DNA from: Basidiobolus meristosporus CBS 931.73
Taxonomy: Eukaryota; Fungi; Basidiobolomycota
Assembly: GCA_002104905.1 (NCBI GenBank)
Contig: MCFE01000434.1
Location: 1 to 64,000, forward strand
DNA length: 64,000 nt
Direction: 5' to 3'
In this document: piece by piece, positions 9,815 to 23,965 of the stretch
How the letters are laid out: each line of letters opens with the position of its first letter
How positions within the stretch are numbered: position 1 is the first letter of the stretch
Made by a program: the position numbers and the translations under genes
The notes under the pieces: model-generated
Told to the model about the DNA's origin: nothing
The model's database searches: none
Seen by the model: the letters and a program-made list of their open reading frames with translations, nothing else

Positions 9815-11963
9815 ATGTACGCTAAAGAGCATAACCCAGCCCTATTTCTCGGCGGAGAACGTTTCACTGGTCAAGATGTCAGAAGCCAAAACGGTGTGTA
9901 AATCTGGTTTCAGCCTTTTCTGAATAGAAGACTCTTGACTATGGTTATCCTGAAGTGGCTTCTTCTTTATATAGCATATTATACGAGGCTACTTGATAAA
10001 CATAAGGAATGTCTATTCATCTGATATCCCCGACTAACCTTTAGCTATTTAGTATTGGCCGCTGTTTCTATCGCCAATATTGTCAAAAGCTCTTTGGGTC
10101 CAGTTGGTTTGGATAAAATGATGGTGGACGATATCGGGGTAAGTTGAAATAGCACAGAGATGGCTGGCTTCTTTCCTTTTGCCTCCGGTCATACTCACAA
10201 ATTGAGCAACGTTTCTAGGATGTTACCATTTCAAATGACGGCGCCACTATATTGAATCTTCTCGAAGTGGAACATCCAGCTGGAAAAGTCCTCGTAGAGT
10301 TAGCCCAACAACAAGACAAAGAAGTTGGTGATGGTACTACTTCCGTAGTTATCATTGCCGCTGAACTCTTAAAGAGAGCCAACGAGTTGGTCAAAAACAA
10401 AATACACCCAACCACCATCATATCTGGCTACAGGCTAGCCAGCAAGGAGGCGTGCAAATTCATTGCTGATCAGATGACCACCAAAGTAGACTCGCTTGGT
10501 CAGGATTCCTTAATCAACGTAGCCAAAACCAGTATGTCAAGTAAAATCATCGGAAGGTAAGCGAATCCTCTCAGCATTGGTTTTATCTTGGCCTAACCCT
10601 TTGCCCGATTTACATAGCGACGACGACTTCTTTGCAAGCATGGCAGTTGAAGCTATGCAGAGCGTCAAGTTTGTAAACGCCCGCGGTGAATTGAAAGCGC
10701 CCGTTAACGCTGTCAACATTCTGAAGGCCCATGGAAAAAGCTCTCGTGAGAGTGTTATTGTGAACGGGTATGCGCTTAACTGCACCGTCGCAAGCCAAGG
10801 TATGAGTGTTGGGGGGAGTGACGCCAGGCACCTTCAGATTACTAACCAACGAATCTCTCGAACTTAGCCATGAAGACCAACATCCAAAATGCCAAGATTG
10901 CATGTTTGGATATCAATTTGCAAAAGGCTAGAATGCATCTTGGTGTCAACATTCTGGTTGATGATCCCAACAAGCTAGAAGACATCCGTAAACGCGAAAT
11001 CGAAATCACCACCGAAAGAATCAACAAGATCCTTGAAGCTGGTGCCAATGTTGTCTTGACTACCAAAGGAATTGACGATCTATGCTTGAAATGCTTCGTA
11101 GAAGCTGGCGCCATGGCAGTCAGAAGAGTCACTAAAGACGACATGCGAAGAATAGCCAAGTGCACTGGAGGTAAGCAACAACCTTTCTAGGATCAATCGA
11201 ACAGCGCTTGACAAGATCTCATTTTAGCCACCATGATTTCGACTCTTTCTAATCTGGAGGGTGAAGAATCATTCGAAGCTAGCTACCTGGGATATGCTGA
11301 ACAAGTTGTCCAGGAGCGTATCAGTGACGATGAGTGCATTCTTATCAAAGGAACCAAGGCTCATAACTCCTCCAGCATTATCCTTCGCGGAGCAAACGAC
11401 TACATGTTAGATGAGATGGAACGCAGTCTTCACGACAGCTTGTGCGTGGTCAAGAGGACGCTAGAGAGTAGCAGCGTTGTACCTGGCGGTGGTGCAGTAG
11501 AAGCAGCTTTGAACATTTACTTGGAAAACTTCGCAAACACCTTGGTAAGATTAATGATCGATAGTGTTTGGATTGACTGGGTTCTAACCCGCTAGAAACA
11601 CAGGCATCTCGTGAGCAGCTAGCCGTAGCTGAATTTGCAAACGCCTTGCTCGTCATTCCTAAGACTCTTGCTGTAAACGCCGCCCAAGATTCGACCGAAT
11701 TGGTCGCCAAGCTTCGTGCCTACCACAATGCAGCCCAGAATGCTGGTGTTGATAACAAGCGGGCTGCCTTGAAGTGGTTCGGACTAGACTTATTGAAGGG
11801 GGAAATCCGAGACAATCGTAGAGCTGGAGTCTTGGAGCCTGGAATGTCCAAAATCAAATCCCTCAAGGCAGCCACTGAGGCAGCCATTGCGATCTTGCGT
11901 ATTGATGACATGATTAAAGTGATTCCTGAGCAAAGAGAGCAACAAGACCCACACGCACATTAA
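9815..11963 (+). CDS. TCP1: Chaperonin CCT alpha subunit, multi-exon
   Basis: [82 protein letters not shown]. Confidence 0.96.
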
Positions 11964-12167
11964 ACAACCCGATCTACTCAGCACTCACTTCATCACCCCC
12001 ACATAATAAAGAGATTTTGTCCCTGGATTGTCGTGGCTTTTAATTAGATATAAGTCCGGAGTATTCACAAAGGTTGGTGATCGGAGAATGAAGCAAAAAT
12101 GGTGGGAGGTCAGCTGGAGAATAGTAGCTAACATTTGATGGTGCATAGCTACACTCAAGATCATTTA

Positions 12168-13058
12168 TTATGCCTCTTGCTTGGGAGGTTGCTCAGCGGC
12201 TAGATTCAACCCTTTGGCGGGGACCAGTCCAACCCCCAGGCCTTGTGGCTTAATCACTGCCCGAGGCCACCACTTGTAACGAAAGATTTTTTGACTGGGT
12301 GCGGGATTGATGTGCTCGATGACATGTCTACGAATCAACCCCGTTTGGTCAAAGTTGTAGATGAATACTCCCTCGTATATGGTTCGGGACTGGGTTCCTG
12401 AGGGGGAAAGGAACGTAACCTTAGGGGTACCCTCGAGGGACCAGCGCAATACAAGCTCGACTTCGGAACTTGGCTTTTCAGTGTCAATTTCTTCAACGGA
12501 CTCTATTGAGCCGGCACGGTGCTGGGTCAATTTGTGTATATCGAAACGCAAGTCCGAGTAATACCAGCGTAAAGACCAGCGTATAGTAGCTGCCAACATC
12601 AGATAACTCCATTTCCCTCGGATTTGTAGCCCGGTGTAACGCGGCTCCCACAGCAATATATTCGACGAGTAAATGCTGGTATTATTCAAGCCGAAAATGA
12701 AAAAGTTGGGTAGCTCCTGGCGAAGAGTATCAATAGCTATAGTGAAAAAACCTCCGTTAAGTCTGATAGTTCAAGAATAGTCGACACTTCGGGCTTTCAC
12801 TAAATAAAGCCAAACCCTGTTACAAATACCTTCACCAACATTCATTTCATAGTCACTAGCCCCCTTTGGGCTCTCGGGGGAATCGTTGTTGGAATCATCG
12901 GAAGGGCGGTCACTTTCTGACTTCTGCGTCGGCATTTGCTGTGTAGCTCTTGAGTAAGAACTGAAGAAGCTTACCGGCAAATATGTCCTTTTAAATACAA
13001 AGGAAAGTCGAGATAGTTTGGCAGAAGAGGGTAAATTTCTTAATAACAATGAGGGCAT
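12168..13058 (-). CDS. Probable mitochondrial DUF2358/C6orf136-like (NTF2-like) protein, multi-exon
   Basis: Basic, Ser/Arg-rich N-terminus (MPSLLLRNLPSSAKLSRLSF) and C-terminal exon with VLRWSLEG...IYEGVFIYNFDQTGLIRRHVIEHINP; family assignment is from recall only. Confidence 0.5.
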
Positions 13059-14365
13059 TGTTGGTAGGTCAACCAACCAGATTAGCTATAGTTGCGGCAC
13101 AATATATCCCTCGTAATTCCTTTCGAGTATCTATCTTTTCAACACACAATAATTCGGTTATTGAAAGGTGTGTTTCGAAATATTGATAACACTAAAAGCT
13201 TTCTAGGAATCCTCTTGAACAACGTATGTTGAATATTTTAGATTATATACGAGTCAAATATTTGGCATAATACACCTTGTTACTTTACTACGGAAATAGA
13301 TCAATCACTCATGACGTTTTGATGATCGTTAAACTATTCGTCACATGAAAGGTAGAAGCACGCTAATCAATGGCAGTCCTCAAAATCAGAGGGCTCGGCT
13401 CTAGCCTCCAGGAATACTGTCCTGGGCCGCCCCAAAAAAACCAACCCTACTTATCCAATGTTGGGTAAATGAGGCTTCCGCATTAAGCACTCTGACTAAG
13501 GTTAAGAGGACAATATCAATATATCCTGGATCCACTTAATCTATAGCAATCCATATGCATATATACACTGACGTTGATGCCGCAGTGAGCAAACTATTGA
13601 GTCTCTTAGCAGCATCACACCATTCTTATCAATAAATTCCAGGGAAAACTCAAGCTTGAAGGTATCTGTCGCAACAAACAGACATTCTCAAATATCGACC
13701 TCTTGGCAATATTAACGCATAGTAACCTTATTATTGGACCCGCCATCTTGTGTAATTACCATGTTAATCTATAAACTGTCATCATTAAAATATGCCAATT
13801 CCAACGCGAGATAAATAACTAATCAAGTCGAGTTGCCAAGCTCAGTACAGAAAATATATAGATCTAATCACCGGCCTCATTTTAAAGATTCATTGATGTT
13901 GAATCTATAAACATTCAACGTTACCGCGCGTATAGGTGTATTCTATTTGGACCAATCATCACCTATTAAGAGCTCCGCTCACCTGGCAAAATTGGGGAGA
14001 CGGCGAGTTTGCACTTGGTTGCTCAGTTGACTTCTTTTCCAACCTGGTCCCTACCGATTGACAGTCTTCTTATTTGCTAAAGCAACAGTCAACATCTATA
14101 TATTATTCGGTTTTGTTGAAGATACTATTCTTTAGCCATATTCATCCGGCATTTACCTGGAGAACGCCAACGACAAATATATAATACAAACCTTGGTTTT
14201 TCTTACGAACCACTAAATATCCTTATCGAGCTCTGTGGACAGTTTGTTTGACATTGTCACCTCCTTTTTCACATACCTTTCAGGTAGCTATTGAACATTC
14301 TGTTTGTGCGACGAAACACACCAACTAATCAAACCTCCATTCCGTTTGCCTACAGTAAACACTCC

Positions 14366-15132
<767 letters not shown>

Positions 15133-16628
15133 TAGTCAGAAATATCCGCCCTCTCGTTATCACAATTTCTAGCTTAAATGGACCTTCATCCATTGAACCC
15201 TCCCTTTTTCGTATACGACCTCTTCTAAGCCATCCCACTTTGTTTGCTGAACTGCAGTCCTTGACGCTATTTTGACAGTTTTCTCTATACGCACGCACGG
15301 CTCCGCTTATTATCCTAAACTCTTACTTCACTTCGTTTTGCTTATTTGCCACATCCTCAACTGCCCAAATTATTTAAGAGGCAGATTCTTCACCCTCATT
15401 CAATGGTTACTTCAGTTGCTAGATAAGACATGTTAAGTAAATGGAAATTTTGTGGTTCATCCATGCTAATTTCGGAATACTATGGACTGGAATAATGCGT
15501 GCCGAAGTGATTGGCTCTGAAACTCATTACGAAAACAAAGATCGGAGTATACAACCAGCTGGACGAATCATGAATTGCGAAGAAAAAGGCCTCTAAAGAT
15601 ATCTCCGTACATCACAACAAATGTCATGCCCGTGCTTCAAATGGCCATGAGGCTACCTATTCTGTAATTGCAAACATCAGCCTCGCCACATCTACACCAG
15701 TTGTTGGCTTACAACCATTGCATACATATTCTCATCAAATCGTCATCTCGATAGTTTCGAGGTAATTCCTGTTAAATCCGGTGTTTTCTCAAGTCAAGAG
15801 CCGTCCCCAATGGAAACTAGAGGAATGTTCCAATCCATGTAGCCAGGTAGACTTACATACTTTGTGCATCAAATGGGATAAAGTTAACCATGTTAGCCTT
15901 AGGCTGGTCTGAAACACTATAGTACATGTTATATGCAGCACAAAAGGGGACCGCTTCAATGCTTCCCTCAACAACAATGTCCAATTTGGTCATTGACATC
16001 AACATATCGTATTTCTACATTTTTAAACGTTGATTCCATACAATCATTCCGGATTATCGGTTGGTCCAAATTTCTCCTTTTTTTTGGTTGGAAATTATCC
16101 TGATTCGACGGGATTCCTTAGTAATCACTGAGTTTCCGGGTATTTTGTGGGATCTTCTCGCTGAGCCATAGGATAGCCTTATCGCATCCTTTTTTAGTCA
16201 ATTTTTGCTTTTTAATTCTATATTTCTTCTCCCTCTCAATTTGTTGTCTTTAGCGAATAGATAATTGCCTCTGTTGGAACGTATCTTCCTCTTTTGCTCA
16301 ACAAGCTGCCTGATTCTCGATTGTATTTATCGTTTTTACCAGAAGCCTCCTCTTCTGAGTCCATCGAACACAGACCAGTATCTCCAAAGTCTCTGTGCAA
16401 ACTCGGTACGTAACCTGTGAAGTTTTTTATAGTGGTCTGGTCCTTCCATCGGTGTACAACATACTGATGCACTTCTCTCTTATCTTCAGATAATATCAGT
16501 TTCAGCTCTTGTTTTGATTGAAGTTGCCACTTCCTCTCAACCAGCCCGCTAATACATAACTTCTACGCACTCAAAAGATAATAGTAATCTTTGCTCTCCC
16601 CTTTTTGTCCAATTTACCATTCAGCTAG

Positions 16629-18800
16629 ATGGAGACATATATACCTCGACCTCACGACGACGACGACGACGATGACGATAGCCCCAAGGTGGTAGACCGA
16701 GATCCCACCGGCCGCTTTGAGAGATATGAAGAATCTTTGGGTATCGGCGGGTACAAAGAAGTGTACAAAGGGTTTGACCAGGAAGAAGGGGTGGAGGTTG
16801 CATGGAATCAACTGAGAATAGATCACTTGGGTAAAAAAGATGCGCAAAAGATCGTATACGAGGTGGAGATCTTGAAGACCCTTCGCCACGAAAACATCAT
16901 CAACCTGTTTCATACATGGACCGCCAAAGGTCCAGACAACAGGAACAGAGTGTATTTCATCACGGAGTTGATGACTTCCGGAACCTTGAAGCAGTACATC
17001 AGACGAACAAAGTGCCAGCTCAAGCCCCGTGTGCTTAAGAGTTGGTGCCGGCAAATCCTTCGCGGATTGAATTATCTGCATACCAAGGATCCTCCCATCA
17101 TCCATCGTGATCTGAAGTGTGACAATATTTTCATCAACGGAAACAACGGTCAGGCGAAGATAGGTGACCTGGGACTAGCCACATTCATGCGCAAGCAGCA
17201 TGTGTCCTCAGTGCTCGGTACTCCAGAATTCATGGCTCCCGAGCTCTACGACGAACATTACGATGAGAGAGCGGACATCTATGCTTTTGGCATGTGCGTC
17301 TTGGAGATGCTGACGCGTGAATATCCGTATAGTGAGTGTCAAAACCCTGCGCAGATCTATCGGAAAGTCACCCAGGGCATCAGGCCAGCATCACTCCAGC
17401 GTATCACCGACCCAGATATACTTCAGTTTATAGAGCTATGTATCCAATATGATCCAAATCGTCGCCCATCGGCTGCCCAGCTGTTGTGCCATCCGTTCCT
17501 CGCGTTGGATAGTGGTACTGGCCCCGAAAGTGTCTATTCATCCTCCTTCGGCTCTAGCGTCTCATTGCCTGCTGAGTCCATTCCCCAATCTACAACCAGC
17601 TCTCAACGCTCAACTGATACATGGATCAGTGATAAGGAATCCGCTACATACCCAGCATTAGCACATTTACGACTGTCTAATGGGTCCAACTATCTAGGCG
17701 AATCAAAGGAGCCTTTGGTCCCTGCTTACCCAACCGAGGAGCCCCCTCACCCTCCCAATTTCGCCTCCCCAAGTCGCCCTACTGCCAGTGAGAATCAGGA
17801 CGCATTTCGCGTAACGCAGACATCTCCCAAGCCGTCGTCGGTCAACCATTGTGATGTAGAAATCATACAAAACAGTGGGGATGGCGAGGTGATATTGCGC
17901 ATGACCTGTGCCGTGCCAGGCTCTGATCCTCAAACAGTGAAGTTCCCACTCAACCTGAAGGAAGACACGCCAGAGTCGGTGGTCAGCGAGATGGTCAGGG
18001 AGGAGCTATTGAGCGAAGAGTATAAAATATTGGCGGAAAAAAACATCGGGAAAGCCATTAGATTGGCTTGTCAGAAGAAAACTGCCAACACCGAGCTCAA
18101 CATGCTAGAGCACCCAGCGGTGGTCCGGCCCGTGGGTACCCTCCATTCAAGCATGCAGGAGTATTTCCAGAACCATCGACGGGACGGCTCATCACTCAGC
18201 TTTAGCTCCTACACCAGCTCGGAATCCTCATACTTGGACCATAACCCAGATATGTCCGAACGAGTCGATGTGGTGGAGAGAATTGGTAGGCCCAACTCCA
18301 TGGGTTCACGCAGAGCTGGCATTCAACCGATCTTTGATCCAGCTGACCCATTCGTTTCCACTGCTGATTATGAGCCGCTGAGAAGAGCCAAGTCGGCTGG
18401 ACCCCGTACCACCTCGCGTGAGTCGCCACAGAAGCTGCCCCCTTCGATCTTTGGATTGTACGATTCCATTGATGCACGATCCACGGTCCGCCCAAAATCC
18501 AACAGGGAGCTTCATCTGGCAGCCCCCAGGGCAGTCCTGCCTTCGGACTCGGAGCACTCACAACATCGCGGGAGTCGCCATCGTCGAAGCTTGTCCAACC
18601 CACCTCGTGTGATCCCACCCAATGTTTCAACACAGCCTACACAGCAACAGCGTACTGAAGCTGGGGCTTCATCGATGCCCTCCGGGGAAATGTATTATAA
18701 CCAGTATGAAACATCTAATGATGGCGACGAAGCATTCCAGCAACGACACTACTTGAGGGCTGGCACCTCTCTGCCACCTTACCCAATCGGCAGAACGTAA
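16629..18800 (+). CDS. WNK: WNK (With-No-lysine) family Ser/Thr kinase
   Basis: DPTGRFERYEESLGIGGYKEVYKGFDQEEGVEVAWNQ (catalytic Lys in beta-2), FITELMTSGTLKQY, PPIIHRDLKCDNIFINGNNGQAKIGDLGLA, SVLGTPEFMAPELY, EYPYSECQNPAQIYRKV; CCT-like segment VKFPLNLKEDTPESVVSEMV. Confidence 0.93.
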   Translation: METYIPRPHDDDDDDDDSPKVVDRDPTGRFERYEESLGIGGYKEVYKGFDQEEGVEVAWNQLRIDHLGKKDAQKIVYEVEILKTLRHENIINLFHTWTAKGPDNRNRVYFITELMTSGTLKQYIRRTKCQLKPRVLKSWCRQILRGLNYLHTKDPPIIHRDLKCDNIFINGNNGQAKIGDLGLATFMRKQHVSSVLGTPEFMAPELYDEHYDERADIYAFGMCVLEMLTREYPYSECQNPAQIYRKVTQGIRPASLQRITDPDILQFIELCIQYDPNRRPSAAQLLCHPFLALDSGTGPESVYSSSFGSSVSLPAESIPQSTTSSQRSTDTWISDKESATYPALAHLRLSNGSNYLGESKEPLVPAYPTEEPPHPPNFASPSRPTASENQDAFRVTQTSPKPSSVNHCDVEIIQNSGDGEVILRMTCAVPGSDPQTVKFPLNLKEDTPESVVSEMVREELLSEEYKILAEKNIGKAIRLACQKKTANTELNMLEHPAVVRPVGTLHSSMQEYFQNHRRDGSSLSFSSYTSSESSYLDHNPDMSERVDVVERIGRPNSMGSRRAGIQPIFDPADPFVSTADYEPLRRAKSAGPRTTSRESPQKLPPSIFGLYDSIDARSTVRPKSNRELHLAAPRAVLPSDSEHSQHRGSRHRRSLSNPPRVIPPNVSTQPTQQQRTEAGASSMPSGEMYYNQYETSNDGDEAFQQRHYLRAGTSLPPYPIGRT

Positions 18801-19113
18801 TATTTCTCCCCATCGCCACTCACACCAACACCATCATAATCACTGCCTACCCCCCTCACTTCCCACCTCACTCGCCTTTCCACATCGCTATGGCTTACCT
18901 TTCAAACGTCGCCCCACCGCTTTATCTAGACTGCACCGAAAGAGAGTCCTCTCCCATTAGTATATGTTTACCTTCCATTATCCCATTCGATAAAATCCAC
19001 TATGTAATTTAACCAAGTGTGAACGGACCTCACTTGCTTACAAGGTATTGGTTTATTAAAATTACATTGGGGGTAGTTGGTTGTGTGTGGATGCTCGCCA
19101 TGGCTGGAGTTGC

Positions 19114-19249
19114 TCAGGTCTTGAGCAGCCCAAGGATCTCGTTCATCAGTGGCCCGAGTAGCTTCGGGATGTACTGCAGCTTGGGGTATGGCACCGATGG
19201 CTCCGTCACCTGGGCGTGGCGGTGTTTGTAGTTGGGGTTTTGCTTGGTT

Positions 19250-19290
<41 letters not shown>

Positions 19291-22200
19291 CTCGTCTTCT
19301 GACAACTGAACCTCCATCAAATCTCCCAGCGAGATGTCCACTCCCGAGAAGCTGTTCATCTGAACATCGGGCTGGATCTCCAGGTGACTCAATTCCCCAA
19401 GGGCCTCCGCATCCTGCAGGTAGCGCAGATCTTCCGGGAGTTCATTCAGCCCGGACACCTTCATCAGCCGCTGCAAGATATCCGGTGGGACGGTCGTCAA
19501 GACCTGCTCCATCTCCTCGCCTCCCAGTTCGAGCCCTAGATTTGAGATCATCTTCTTGCGGAGTCGTCGGAAGTGTCTTAGGTTCTCTCGGAAGGTGAAC
19601 TCCTTCAGCTTGTCCAGATCTTCGGCGAGCCCCTCACGGAATTCCTCGGTTCTGGAGAACTCCTCCCGGAGGAGGACTTTCTCCATATCCAGCGGTTCCC
19701 GGAGCACCCCCTCTCGCAAACAGCTCATCATCGATTCGAACCAACCGATCAGTTTCTGGAACAGGCCGTCGTGGCTGTTGGCGTAGAGCAGATGTACGAA
19801 CCGATAGAAAACGACTTCATACTCCTTCACCAGGTCCGTGAACGACTTGAGGGAGTCAAGCGGGGTAATGCCTGGACGATTTGGGACGACGGGTTAGTTT
19901 CCGCTGGACACGGTGAAGTAAAGCAAACTGATTGGGTTACCTTGGTCAATATCGTTGGCTTCGATCACTTGGATCAGTTTGTCAATAAAGTCTCGGGTAT
20001 CGATCACGAAGTCGCTGATGTTCGCATCCTAATAATAGGTGAAGATTAGCCAAGCGCGCGATGTGTGTGTGTGTGTGTAGTTGTTCGCAAACCTTGTAGA
20101 TCTGTGCCAAGGGTTGATAGAAGATCGAGAGGATGTCTTTCAGCAGTTCACCAGTGATTCCCTGGGTCCAACATAGCCAAGTTAGACTTCGGGAGCAGAC
20201 GAGCGCGCCACAACACACATACCTCAAATATCAGGTCCATCGTGAGCTCAGTGTTTCGGACTTGGGTGCTCAAGAACAGGAACTTGTGTAGATTCTTGAG
20301 CATGATCTCGGAGTCGTTGAATCCTTGAACCGGCTCGGTGGCTTCTAGAAGTTCTCTGGAGCGGTTGTTGGTCTCCAGGCGCTCCTTGGCGCTCCATAGT
20401 TTCATCAAAAGAAGCGGGTTCACCTCGGCCGGTTCGATTGTATCGTCCCGAACGATACGGAAGAGCTTATCCAAATCTGACATGTCTGAAGAGAATGGTT
20501 AGTCTGGTTGAAGGATCGGTGAAGTGTCAAGTGAGAGGTACCGGTCTCATCGTCATACGGCTGCTTCTTTGAAGAGTATACGTAGTTGTGTATTCTATCA
20601 CACAGGCTATTTTCTTTGATGTGCGCCCTAAGATCTTCGATGACTTTCTTTTTTTTCTTCAATGAATCGCTCAGATTCGAGCTGACGACACTAGAGGCAC
20701 ATCCGGGGATTAGTAACCATTCGATATTCTAGGGAAAGTTATAGGCTCGGCTACCGTTGAAGGATACTCGGATGGCCAAATGGCTGGGCTAGGAAGAGGT
20801 CCAGCACCGCTTTCATCATAGCGGTCGGGTTTGAAATCATCAGAATCCCTTTGAGCGCTCGATAGGGAATCATGGCATGGGCCTGACGTAGTTGTTGGAA
20901 GTGGATTACGGCAGACTCCTCCGCACAGAAGATACGGAAGAAAGTCGAGGCAAGGCTGGGGAGGAAGACCGAGTCAATAATGCGTCCCTGGTGGACCTGG
21001 GAGAGCTCAGTTCACTTACTTGATTCTGGCCAATTCAATCATTTTTCGATAGTTGGCCGGGAGCTGCTCGATATCCGAGATCTCTTCCAGCGCATTCGCC
21101 AACTTGTTCAGCCCGCCTGCATAACCAGAAGCAGTTAGAAACTCGGTCACTTATCAGGGCCAAGTGGGCTTCTCTACCTGGTTCGGAGATCTCTTGGAAA
21201 AACGAGTCGGTGATTTCTCTTAATTCCTCCGCTTGCTGTTCAGCAACCTTGAGGAATTTCGAATGCTCCTCTGCCCTGGCCCTGACTGTATCCGCTCTCA
21301 GCTCAGCGTTTTGGATCTCCTCAGGGGTCATCTCGATCGGGGATTCGGTAAGGAAGTCTCTGGTGTGCGAGCTGGAGGCGACCGCTTCGTTGCGCAGTAG
21401 CTTTCTCAGATACGCCTGCAAGGCTAGCCGATCTTTTTCGCAATAGAGGGCGGCGCCTGGCTGTGCCTTAAAACGGTGGGGCGGTCCAGCAAAGTCTTGC
21501 CCTGGCAGTTCCCTACTGATCTAACGAACGAAGTAAGCATTGGGACAGCCCGCGCAAGACATGGCCGTTGGTCTACCTTCTCGTAGAGCCGCTTGATCTG
21601 TGAGTAACGTCGACTGACGAGGAACACCTCATCAGATTTCATGAAGTGGGCTCTTATGACGAATTCCTGGGAGGACTGGTGAATAATGCGATACCAAACA
21701 AACGGTTGTGTGGATGTAGATGGCAATTACCGAGCGTTCCTTGTCCCGCAGATACCCTTGCTCCACGATCTTTCTTACAGTCAGGATCTGAAGGTGGATA
21801 TGGTGGGATTGGGCGTCTTTGATGCGCTGCGCTTTTCTCGGCCGGATCTTCACATCTTGGCGGTCCTCGCCCTCCTTGGCATCCTCCAACCTACCATGGG
21901 TGGTGACTCCGGTGTTGAACAAAATGGTCAGCAGCTTCTCCACCCGAATGGAGATTCGCTCCCGCTTGCTTAGCTCCTCCTCGCTGACTGCGTAAGCGCC
22001 GAATCTTAACCGACTGAACGCGTTCAAGAACTCTTGGATCTTGTGCCAAATGCTTTGGTCGGCCTTCTCCAGAAAGGGAAAGTTCAGCACAAAGTGGTTG
22101 AAGGCGTATTGCAGCAGGGGGGTTTCGAAGGCCAGCTCGGTGTGGTCACTGGTGGTCGAGGCGTTCTCCTCTGCGGAAGGCTCGGGGGTCGGTGGGTTGG

Positions 22201-22544
22201 AGCGAAACAGCGAGGCCAGGTTGAAAAAGCCGCTCTCCGCCGGCTTCACCGGTGGCCGTAATACATTCTGGTCGTAGAACAAGGGTGCTATGGACAGGTG
22301 CTCTCTCAGGTCCAGCATTTCCTTGTGAATCTGCCGGTGGAGCAGATCCTTCTTTATCAGCTCCAGCTCGGTGGTTGTCAACGGGAATTCGGGGGATATC
22401 GCAATTCTCGGGGTGTCAACCGGGCTCGGAGCGGTTGCTGTGGTCGTGTCGGGGTTCTCGGGGGATTTTTCCGGAGTGTCTACATCCAGGGGAAATCAGT
22501 GACTCGTTGGGCAAGAGCATTGACCGAAGGTTCATACCTGACAT
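19114..22544 (-). CDS. PX-domain protein of the YPR097W/Lec1 type (PX-associated, PX, DUF3818-like), multi-exon
   Basis: Exon ORFs give TPLLQYAFNHFVLNFPFL, VSRRYSQIKRLYE, LQAYLRKLLRN, LFRIVRDD, FVHLLYANSHDGLFQKLIGWF; start ATG 22544 followed by GTATGA intron is inferred. Confidence 0.7.
19251..19292. repeat. Hexamer microsatellite (CGGTCT)n encoding a Glu-Thr repeat in the PX protein
   Basis: Six perfect CGGTCT units plus degenerate flanks; ORF reads EAETETETETETETKQ. Confidence 0.9.
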
Positions 22545-22888
22545 GTTTTGGAACGGCCTACTGGGATGGTTGAGAGAAACAAAACTGAACGAAACTGAAA
22601 TGAACGGCTGCCTTGTACAGATATAGATTAGAACGGTCAGGCGGGAATACCATCAATGACGAATAAAGGAAATCAGCGGGACTCTCTATGGGTTTGGCAA
22701 CGAATGGAATTTGGCAGCTCTATAGTGTGTTTCCTTTCCTGATCACTGAATACAATCATTCACGTCATGGGGAATGAGGTAATCCAAGAAAATTAGTCAC
22801 CTCGTGTCTAACAATGGATTTATTGATGGCTCGTTGGATCTATTTCACTTGTCTACTTCACTATACAGAAAGGTACATTGCATCAAGG

Positions 22889-23685
22889 TCAACTGAGGGT
22901 GAGCCGATTTATCACGCAATCATGATAAGACGCAGGCCTTGTGTGTGCTGGCTTAACGTAGTATTTCTGGTGATCCAGGGTGCCGGAACATATTGAAACC
23001 CTGTTCGAATCAGTTCGCCGCGAGATAAGCGCCCTCAATCTATCTTTGGCCAGGTTGAGTGGTGTTGGATCAGGGCAGAACGTTTCTCTGGACAAGATAG
23101 TTCGGTGAACTTGTAACACTAGTTTATTCAACTCCGAGGTTGCATTCAGGTGGGATGTGTGATGCTTGCGCTGGAACAAGCTCATCAGCCGATGAGTGTA
23201 GGTATGGAATTCCCGGGATTGGATGTTCAACTCGAAATCAAGCATAAATAGCAATTCGAGCTCCAGGCTATTCAACTCGCGCACGGGGAGTCCGCCTACC
23301 TAAATGGAGCTGTAGTCAATTGAAGAGGCTAGGAGGCTAGGAGGGCTCGTACCTTAGCATAGAGCGAGTTTGGGGAGGACTCGTCGTTGAGGAACTTGTT
23401 GGCTACAGTGATCGAGGTGAGCAGCAATCGATGGATGGTGTAGGAATTGATGTGAAGATGGCTTGTAGATTGTGCAATACGATCCAAGTAAATCAGGGTG
23501 ATCAGGAGACAGTTGTTTGTGAAGTGAATTGAGCTTTGGATACGGCGGATATACGATTCGATGGAAATGGCAGGGACAGTGCTCGAGTGAAATGGTGTCA
23601 CACAACTATCTTCGCTTCTTGTCAGTTTCGCTCTGAGGTATCCAGCAGCTAACCGGATCATATCTTCGACTGTGATGCTATTCAT
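22889..23685 (-). CDS. Pho80/Pcl6-7/PREG-like cyclin, two exons
   Basis: VPAISIESYIRRI, CLLITLIYLDRI, HRLLLTSITVANKFLND..PNSLYAK|VGGLPVRELNSLELELLFMLDFEL. Confidence 0.88.
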
Positions 23686-23965
23686 ATTTGCACCGATGAG
23701 GTGGGTACAGGCCCATCTTATAAGGAGGCGATGTCGGTAGGCTCAAGCAGGGTCAAAATATACGGAAATTAACCGTTAGAGAAATGCATACAACGCTCAT
23801 TGTTATATCCGACAAATCCAAGTTATTTTCCGTGTTGTGTCTAAACATTTATTCTCTATTAAGAGTGGCTATTGGGGGTAAATTAGAACTTGGCGTTGCT
23901 GTGGAGCTACCTATCTGAAAATGACTAATATACATTTCTACTGGAGAGTCGAGTGGGACTTGGGC

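Noticed and set aside
9894-10051. snoRNA in the first TCP1 intron (vertebrate TCP1 introns host snoRNAs)
   Set aside because: Several CTGA words but no convincing box C or H/ACA architecture seen; would need a covariance-model search.
19251-19292. (CGGTCT)n repeat as a CRISPR-like or regulatory array
   Set aside because: Simple coding microsatellite giving an ET repeat; no spacers.
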